DNA of 58,492 nucleotides, from NCBI GenBank assembly GCA_000165425.1, contig CT868037.1, forward strand, positions 186,001-244,492, written 5' to 3'. The translations under genes and the position numbers were made by a program. Below, in pieces: positions 52,051 through 58,492 of this stretch. The notes under the pieces are model-generated. The model saw nothing but the letters and a program-made list of their open reading frames with translations, searched no databases and was not told the origin of the DNA. The first letter of the stretch is position 1; each line of letters starts with the position of its first letter. The DNA is from Paramecium tetraurelia. Its lineage: Eukaryota.

Positions 52051-53875
52051 AAGAACTGTAACCAATACAAGCACACTTGCCTATTTCTTCAAAGTTTTAA
52101 CTAACCCTAGAGAGTAAATAAAGTAGATCCTGAAAATATGGAATTAAGCTATCAGTATGCTGGAATGGTGAAGCTAACGTTGAATCAAATTATAGTTTGC
52201 CCCATGTGTTACAAGATCTTCGATCATTAGGAAAATGTTAAACCCTCCTGTGTCACAAGTATGAACCTTGTTCTTCCAAGAGGCCGTTCATAATGATACA
52301 TATTCAACATCAATATTAGGTAATTAATTAGAGCCCACCAATAATAATCATTGATCTGAACTGTTTTAGGATAGAGTTTCGATGTAGTATGAATGACTTG
52401 ATTAGTAAATCGTTGAACCAATCTCTATAAAATACTTGAAAGAACTCTAAAGTACAAAATCAAATTTTTAGCACTCCATAATGTTTTTCTCATATCTTTC
52501 CTTTGATCTGTGTAACTTTCCTCACCCTTAACACCTGATTTAGCATCCAAAGTAATACTATCTAACTTTTTGAACCTACATTATCCTATTTTTTCAAAAA
52601 GTCAACTGCTGTGTGAACTATATTTTTAATATTTATGGGTTGTCCTATAAGTAGGAGGTCGATATCCTCGTTGGCGTGTCAAATTCAGGTAGTAGTTTGA
52701 TTTATTGGCTTAAGTATATTTCATTTTGTATTCAAATAGACAGGCTTAATGGCTTTTTAGATCAATTCTTTGTTAAAATGATATTTCAATCAAAAAATGA
52801 AAGAGTATACTAGGTGTAAAATTCCTTTGGATTGTGATTAAAATTCATGCCTGATTCTTTTGTTAAACTTTAGATGAATATGAGGCTCATTTATTAACTT
52901 CTGAATTTTATTGAAATTATTATTATTATTATTATTCTACCATGTCGGGAGAAGAGAAAACAAAATATAATAAATCAAACGAATTTATCCCATTTAACCT
53001 CTATTAGCTCTTTTATCTTTCTCTCTATTCGCTTCCTCCATTTTTTGCTTCTTAAACAACTCGTTATTTTTTATTAAATGTATTAACATTTTAATTTAAA
53101 TGATCTTTAATTAAACGCTTATATGTAGCTCTCTGTGCATGCTTTTTACATTATAACCCAGCTTTATTTAATAATTACTTATAATTTTAAGGTAAATTTA
53201 GCAATTTTCTTTTTAATCGGCAACATTCACACACACTACATTATCCTATTATATCACTCCCACTTTATAAACTTACTCTCTCATTCATCATCTATTATAG
53301 CTACCTTAAAGCCAATATATTGATTTCATCTAGAGATTTAACCAATTAATTCACTGTCTGATCTGAAGTGCAATTAGGAACTCTCATCATTGTTCTCAAA
53401 GATCCTTTGTAAGTAATTGCTTACTTTTAGGTAGCGTTATTAGTTTGCTAATTTATACATTGAGGTTGATCATTTTGGAATTCAAATTTTTTTAAGTCAA
53501 CAAATAAGCAAAATAATCTTGTTTATTGAGAATTTGATCCTGATTTAATCATTGACATAACTCACATTATATGAATCTGTTACCAATACATAAGCTAAAA
53601 AGTGAAAATTTTCTTGCGATGAAGTTTTACGATTGCATTTAAAATCAAGTTCAACAGCATTTTGGACATCTATTTCTAATCTTGATAACACACTCGATTC
53701 TTTATTAAATTATTGAATACAATCTATAATGGCTGCTTAGAATTTAGATTTCTAATAGGTTTCAATAAATCATATAGATTTCATAAATAGGATTAAATTG
53801 CCATAATTAATTAATACAGAGTATATTATTTTTACTTTCTTAAAATCTTTAATAAGAAATGTATCCGCTAGAGTA

Positions 53876-54449
53876 ATGACGATAAACTATGGGGAGAAGG
53901 ATCTTAGCTTCATTTTGGATGGAGGTTTTTCAAATTCATGCTCTGCTTCTTGTCCACTAAGAACAGATTTGACCAAGAAATACAAGTATAGATTCGAAAA
54001 TAATAAAAACGATTTTTCAGCACATTTGGTTATTAGAAGTGGTGCAAGGCAGTAGTTTGAGGATATGAGGCATTTATTGATTGAAAGATAATACATGAAT
54101 CCGAAAGAGATTATAAGAGGTTCAAATCAGAAAAGTAAAGTAGAGTTTCAAACCGATTACAATCATATAAAGGTTTTGATTTGTGTTATACTTTAAAGAA
54201 GGTAGCAGCGGCATAAAAAAATTAACAGATCTCAATCTGTAATCAATTCACCTATAGAGAATGCTAATGATCTATATTAAAAATAGGGAAAAATTATGAC
54301 GGAATGAAAGGCATTGTCTATGTCGATGTGGAATCTTAAAGAGTTAAGATGAATTTGACAAAAATACTAAAAACCAAAGAAGCAATGATTAATGAAGGGT
54401 AAATAACGAATAAGAAGGGAGATGATAAGCACAAATAACAAGTTTCATG
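53876..54449 (+). pseudogene. Hypothetical gene or pseudogene fragment
   Basis: Open frame MTINYGEKDLSFILDGGFSNSCSASCPLR...; removing a plausible intron (54172-54197) leads to a frame with an internal TGA that continues to TGA at about 54447. Confidence 0.3.
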
Positions 54450-55199
54450 AAATTCAAGCGCTTCTTTTAAAGATAGTTCTAGAAATTTCCATCATTTCTT
54501 TTTGTTGCCATCAAAACAAAAGCTAATAATCTTTTTTATTGAAGAAATAGTATATAGCAGTTATTGGGGAAACTTTTCTTTTGTGTGTAAGGGCAAAAAA
54601 AAAGAAATTCCCATAAAAATCTAAGAACGTCTAATGAGATGTACTTGTAAATTTTGAAAATCACTGCACGAGTAATTTGAGTGATGAAAATATTCTTCTA
54701 GAGCTTCAACAGATTTTAGCAAAGTTATTACGTTCAATATGCTAGAATATTAGGTTTGGATATAAAGAATAAATTAATATTATTGGATACTAAACTTGCA
54801 ATAATTGATGAGAAAAATTTTAAAACGGAGGAAGAATCTAAATATGAGGTTTTATTCTTCTTCACATGTTTTTTTCATTTAAGTTGATTCAAATAACTAT
54901 GTTAGGTAATTTAAATTTCTGAGTTGTTGTTTCTTTTAAACCACATTAAGTTTTGCTGCACGATCTCGCTCATCTGAGATTGCATCAAAGAGTGTAGTTT
55001 ATATCTCTGTGGTTTCATTTTTAAAATTTTCAAATCTAACATCAAAGATTATAAATATAAACCATACTTTTCAAAAAGTTACGCATGAAACCTACCTCTC
55101 TTTTTTTAGAGCAATTAAAATATTAAACATTAGTTTGATGTTTTGAGTGCAGAATTTAAATATTTAATTTTTTATGAAATATAGGTTAGTTACAATTTA

Positions 55200-55349
55200 N
55201 NNNNNNNNNNNNNNNNNNNNNNNNNNNNNNNNNNNNNNNNNNNNNNNNNNNNNNNNNNNNNNNNNNNNNNNNNNNNNNNNNNNNNNNNNNNNNNNNNNNN
55301 NNNNNNNNNNNNNNNNNNNNNNNNNNNNNNNNNNNNNNNNNNNNNNNNN
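55200..55349. other. Assembly gap (150 N)
   Basis: Run of N bases. Confidence 0.99.
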
Positions 55350-57480
55350 CATGTAGTCAATGTCCTTTAAAGAAAGTAAAAATGTGTCTGCACTTATCTT
55401 AAGATATAAATACATGCGTGCTTAACTCAGCTTCAATTGTGATTAATGTGTCAAAGGATATACCATATCATCTTCATACTGTTTGCATAGCAGGTATATA
55501 GAAGATAATTCAACATAGAAAATAGAAAAGGATTTTGTATTTTAGTCGGTCTGATCAAACATAATCTTTTAATTAAGAGTTCTAATTAATAGTGCCATGT
55601 TAATATATAAGTAGCAATTATTTAAGACATTAATACAAACATCAATTATTAGAAAATGTTGTCAATTAATGCCAACAACATTAAGGTAGCTGTTCCATTT
55701 ATTATAATATTGATAGCTCTGAATAAAAAGAATGTCTAAATTTTTTTAGCTTAAAAATCTGAGTTGTGCTGTCTCTAAATGTAATCAATCAAAATACAAG
55801 TAAAGTTAAATTATTTAGACATTATTTTTTATCACAAGTTTCACACTTTATTTATAGTGTTTATTGATTAGCGTACTCAACTTAAAAACTGTCTTAACAT
55901 TAAAGTAAGATGTATGGAAATTGAGATGCAAGCTCCTATTCTGAGTTAAATATATTGATAATTTTAAGAAGTAGTTATTATTTTTAGTTCTTTTTCGTCA
56001 AGTTTTTATACACAATATAAACATGAAAGATATGATGACTCTTCAACAACTTGAAGTCTAGTTTGTAATTTTCTTAAATAAAGACTCTTCAAGCCATATC
56101 AACTTTCGTTTTAAAATAGCAAATGTTCTCCCCTTCTTCCTATCACAAAATTTTAGAATAGTTTGTAATTAGTTAATGCTATTTTATTTACATAACATAT
56201 AATTTCATATATAAAAGCAAATATATACCAATAGTAATAATTTACCTTGTCTGTCACTTGATTTGATATTGGAGTTTCCAAATCTTACAAAAAAAAAAAT
56301 TCGTGATCACAATCTTCTCATAGTTACTATTTTCAAAATATTGATAAAATATAAATTTCTGAGTAACTATCTAATGACCCTTATCAACAATACAGAGCTG
56401 TTGGGTACTTTAATGCCTAATTTATTTAGCCAACGAATAATGCTGATTGTGGAAGATGGCCATTTTGCTAACTCCGTTACAAAATTGTAAACACTTTCAA
56501 TGCCTGCTTGTATCAAGCTTCCATCTGTGATAATTGTTTAACTTATGGATGACTTGTATTGTTATATTTGAGTATCCTATTCTAATAAATAATCTTTAAT
56601 ATACAACATTTCAAACCAGTCTTAAAAAACTTTAACACTGACTTAATATGAGGTGAAAATTTGACGATTTAAAGACATTGTCCCCTACTGCTTTAAAAGA
56701 TAATCAAACATTGTGATTTGGTCTCTCTTGTGATGATGGCTGACAGTAGCCTATTGCTTGAATTTTTTCAACTCTATCTTTTTTTTGCCATCACAATTTG
56801 GTAGAAATGTTTATTGTAAATCAGCAAAGATTATTAAGTCGTTCTATATTCAATTAAGAAATGAAAATCTAAAACCCTAGTCACAATTTTTACTGTGAGT
56901 TTGATTCGGCAGTTTATTTTATCATACCCAGGTCTTTAATCTATTTCTAGCTACTTCTTTATGACACTACATACATCTGGAAATGGATATTATGTCTCAA
57001 ACAGGACTATGTTAGCCTAACTTTTGGTTGCACAGGATAAACAACCAAGTGTACCATCATAGAATATGTTGGCTTTTTCTTTTGTATAGATATTGCAAAC
57101 ACTAATGCTTACACCTTACATAGTTCTTGAGTTAAAATTAATTCCTTAACCTATACTAGGTGCTTCCTACTTTTAGCATAATATTATTGGGTCTACTTCT
57201 CTCAATTACGACATTATAATTTTATTTGCTCAAGTAATAGTGCTAATACTCTAATATGGAGTGCTTTCTTTGATTTCTACAAATTCTACCCAAATCAGTT
57301 GCTGCGTTCTTAAATTATGTTTTATGATAAATCAATTCCTTTCTATCCTCAGTTAAATACCACCTATTTTAGAGACTTATGGTTCAAATATTATGCGTAC
57401 TTCTTAGTTACTACTTTAGCTAATGTACAGATTCTTGTTTGGCTTTGAAAGCTTTTAACCCAAAGAATCTTATGTAATTT
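55350..57480 (+). pseudogene. Highly decayed Cys-rich surface protein gene fragments
   Basis: Fragments CSQCP.., NCDQCVKGY, ACLYQASICDNCLTYG*LVLLYLSILF and NGYYVSN..., with stops and frameshifts. Same repeat type as 6862-10808. Confidence 0.45.
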
Positions 57481-58492
57481 TTGTACATAAATGTGCAATT
57501 GAAGTTAGTGGTCGATAATAGTCTTCTAATGGTTTTTCTATATCCAATTTGTTGACTTGAAAAACGTGGCATTTACAAATAATGTGCGTATTATTGATAT
57601 GATGAACCAAAATATTAGACATCGTCATATATGCATCTATATTATTGCAATCCTATGCTGTTACATGCTTCCTTAATAATACTTTTGTAGGTTGTTTATC
57701 ATATCACATAGAGGTACTAGGCACTAATACTAATGTATTTAAATGCATATCATAACAGTCACTCATCAATATAATGGAAATTATCAATCTTATATTTTCT
57801 TTCATTTTAACTTTTAAATTTCCTGACAATCATATTTATGTTCATTGCTGAAATGCTGCGCATCACAAACCTTCAAATTGATCATAAAAAATTTTAATAC
57901 TTAAACAAAAGATGAGATATAATGGCTCTCTTTAAATCTCTCATACATTAAATTATTCTATGAAGCTATTACGAAAAAGATAATATTATTGTGTGCACAT
58001 GTTCTGATATCTACATATTTCTTTTGCATACCAAGTTCAAATTTATCCTTTCCTTTCTACACATGTTGTTTATATCATTAGTTAGCTCACTTTGAAAACT
58101 TGTTTCTATAATTTTTGTATGGATGCTTCTGCTATGATATTTAGGGGGACTAAAAATACATTTATTAGGTGTATCTTCCCATCAAACTGCTGTGCTGATT
58201 TTTGATGGATAAATATTTTGATTATTTCATGTTAAAAATAATTATTTATTCCTTAATGCTACTTACTAATTTTTATTATTCTTCCACTATTGGATGAGTA
58301 TTTGTGGATGCATTTGCTTGTGGGGGGTTAAGATTTGCATTAGTGGCACTAAATTAGCACTACTCATCACAAATTAAATTATTAAAATTAATTTGTATTG
58401 TAAATTAATGAACATATTCCTAAAATTTATTAATTAATACAGAATAATATATTTTAATTTGTAATTAATTCTTACCAGGATCCATTCTCCAC

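Noticed and set aside
52100..53810. Minus-strand coding-like sequence next to the putative LINE remnant
   Set aside because: Multiple TGAs and no identifiable domain, so I cannot tell whether it is a pseudogene or part of the element.
55174..55415. ORF-track entries containing X runs
   Set aside because: Artefacts of translating through the N gap.
1..58492. CRISPR arrays, tRNA/rRNA genes, prokaryotic operons or defence systems, retained IESs
   Set aside because: The sequence is eukaryotic. I saw no repeat-spacer array or structured RNA gene by eye, and no TA-bounded insertion with convincing TAYAG inverted ends interrupting a gene. IES detection needs a MIC/MAC comparison.

Overview
AT-rich eukaryotic DNA from a ciliate, almost certainly Paramecium. 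TAA/TAG read as Gln, TGA is the only stop, and introns are tiny (about 20-31 nt, GT..AG), so the supplied standard-code ORF track fragments every real gene. I translated the genes by hand. The left ~31 kb is gene-dense. It holds a membrane H+-pyrophosphatase homolog that has lost its catalytic motifs, a tail-anchored coiled-coil protein, a dual-specificity phosphatase, a 100-aa protein with three RGF(S/N)F motifs and a cNMP-binding protein. It also holds a decayed Cys-rich surface-protein gene, an SQR-fold ATPTT1-like gene with a single +1 frameshift, a TLDc protein, an EF-hand/WD40 protein and a ~3,100-aa Cys-rich/beta-helix/multi-TM protein. The right ~27 kb is gene-poor. It has a MATE transporter, a secreted Cys-rich protein, a divergent alpha-tubulin, a Zn-finger/WD40 protein, several pseudogenes, a probable decayed LINE-like retroelement and a 150-N assembly gap. 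No database searches were run; family calls come from recognised motifs.
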